In this document: positions 63,070-64,000 of the stretch, piece after piece
How the letters are laid out: every line of letters starts with the position of its first letter
Position numbering within the stretch: position 1 is the first letter of the stretch
Assembly: GCA_002269645.1 (NCBI GenBank)
Contig: NIVC01003754.1
Coordinates: forward strand, 1-64,000
Length of the DNA: 64,000 nucleotides
Source: Macrostomum lignano
Lineage: Eukaryota
Direction of reading: 5' to 3'
Position numbers and translations under genes: made by a program
The notes under the pieces: model-generated
The model's database searches: none
Seen by the model: only the letters and a program-made list of their open reading frames with translations
Told to the model about the DNA's origin: nothing

Positions 63070-64000
63070 GCGCACTGGAGCCTCCTGTACACGTCGGCAG
63101 ACGACCGCAGCCGGGGCGGTGTCGGCGTGCAGATCGGACCGCGCCTTCGGCAGAGCGTGCACTGCGCTTCGCTGTCCCCGCGACTGATGCGGGTCGACCA
63201 GCGCCTGCGCGCCTTCTGCATCCGGCTGTTCTGTGCGTATGCACCCACCGCTGCTCACCCCGAGGAGGCTCGTGCCTTCTTCGACTTCCTGGCTGGGCAG
63301 CTGGAAGAGGTGCCAAACCGCGACACGCTGGCGGTGCTCGGAGACCTGAACGCAGTTCCGCGGCGGTCCGAGTGCTCACCCTTTGTCGCGGGACGCGAGA
63401 ACAAAGGTTTCATGAACCGCGTGCTCGCCGGCGCTTCTGCGACCACTGAGTGGACCGTCGAGCACATCGTGCCGATCCCGAAGAAGGCAGGGACAACGCG
63501 GAAAGAAGACCACCGCGGGATCTCACTGATGTCCTGCACCACGAAGCTCTTCAACCGGCTGCTGCTCGATCGTCTGCAGTCGGTGCTGGACGGCCATAGC
63601 TGCGGTACGAGCAGAACGGATTCCGGCCGCAACGCGGCACAGTGACACGACACAGATCCTTGCACTCCGCCGCGCCGTGTCATCGAAGAGGCGCGCATCC
63701 GCCAGTCTACGCTGATCACATTGTCTTCGTTGACTTTCGAAAGGCGTTTGACTCGGTGTTGAGAGCCGCGCTCCCCTTTGTCCTTCGAGCCTACCGGGGT
63801 ACCCCAGTAGCTAATCGACGCTGTCATGGCGCTGTATCGCGACACTCAAGCTGCTGTGGTGACGGCGGACGGCTTGATACTTCATTAGGAGTTCTGCAGG
63901 GCGATACGCTGGCGCCGTTTCTCTTCGTGTTGCTGCTGGACTGGGTGCTTTGGACCGCACTCCCCTCGGCTGACGACGGCTTCCTGCTACGCAGACGCAT
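63070..64000 (+). pseudogene. RTE-like non-LTR retrotransposon relic (APE fragment fused to RT), running off the end of the window
   Basis: APE motifs GGVGV, CAYAPT, VLGDLNA. RT motifs HIVPIPKK, RGISLMSCTTKLFNRLLL and, across frameshifts, EQNGFRP, DFRKAFDSV, VLQGDTLAPFLF. Confidence 0.85.

Overview
Eukaryotic, AT-rich, intron-containing invertebrate-type genomic DNA; the species cannot be established from the sequence. There are two host genes: a 3-exon COG8 (Dor1 family, minus strand, 7494-9959) and a gene of at least 4 exons encoding three C2H2 fingers plus a BED-like finger (plus strand, about 51750-58777). Most of the rest is transposable elements and satellites. The main elements are: (1) an apparently intact 6.7-kb CACTA/EnSpm-like DNA transposon (34686-41414) with matching TIRs, TA target duplication, an uninterrupted 635-aa transposase and a second, 7-exon, 457-aa accessory gene missed by the ORF track; (2) a five-level nest of TIR elements (26106-34140) resolved by target-site duplications, whose 5.7-kb MULE-like member carries a USP-type deubiquitinase-like fragment; (3) a decayed PHD-MULE transposon whose TIR motif has expanded into a 21-bp minisatellite; (4) a young 5'-truncated RT-RNase H non-LTR retrotransposon with a 15-bp TSD; (5) two mariner relics, an RTE-like relic, hAT-type MITEs, tRNA-derived SINE heads, Helitron-like 5' ends and several tandem arrays, one of which repeats the 5' splice site of the zinc-finger gene. 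No CRISPR array, rRNA or intact tRNA gene was found. All family assignments rest on recognising motifs by eye; no database search was run.
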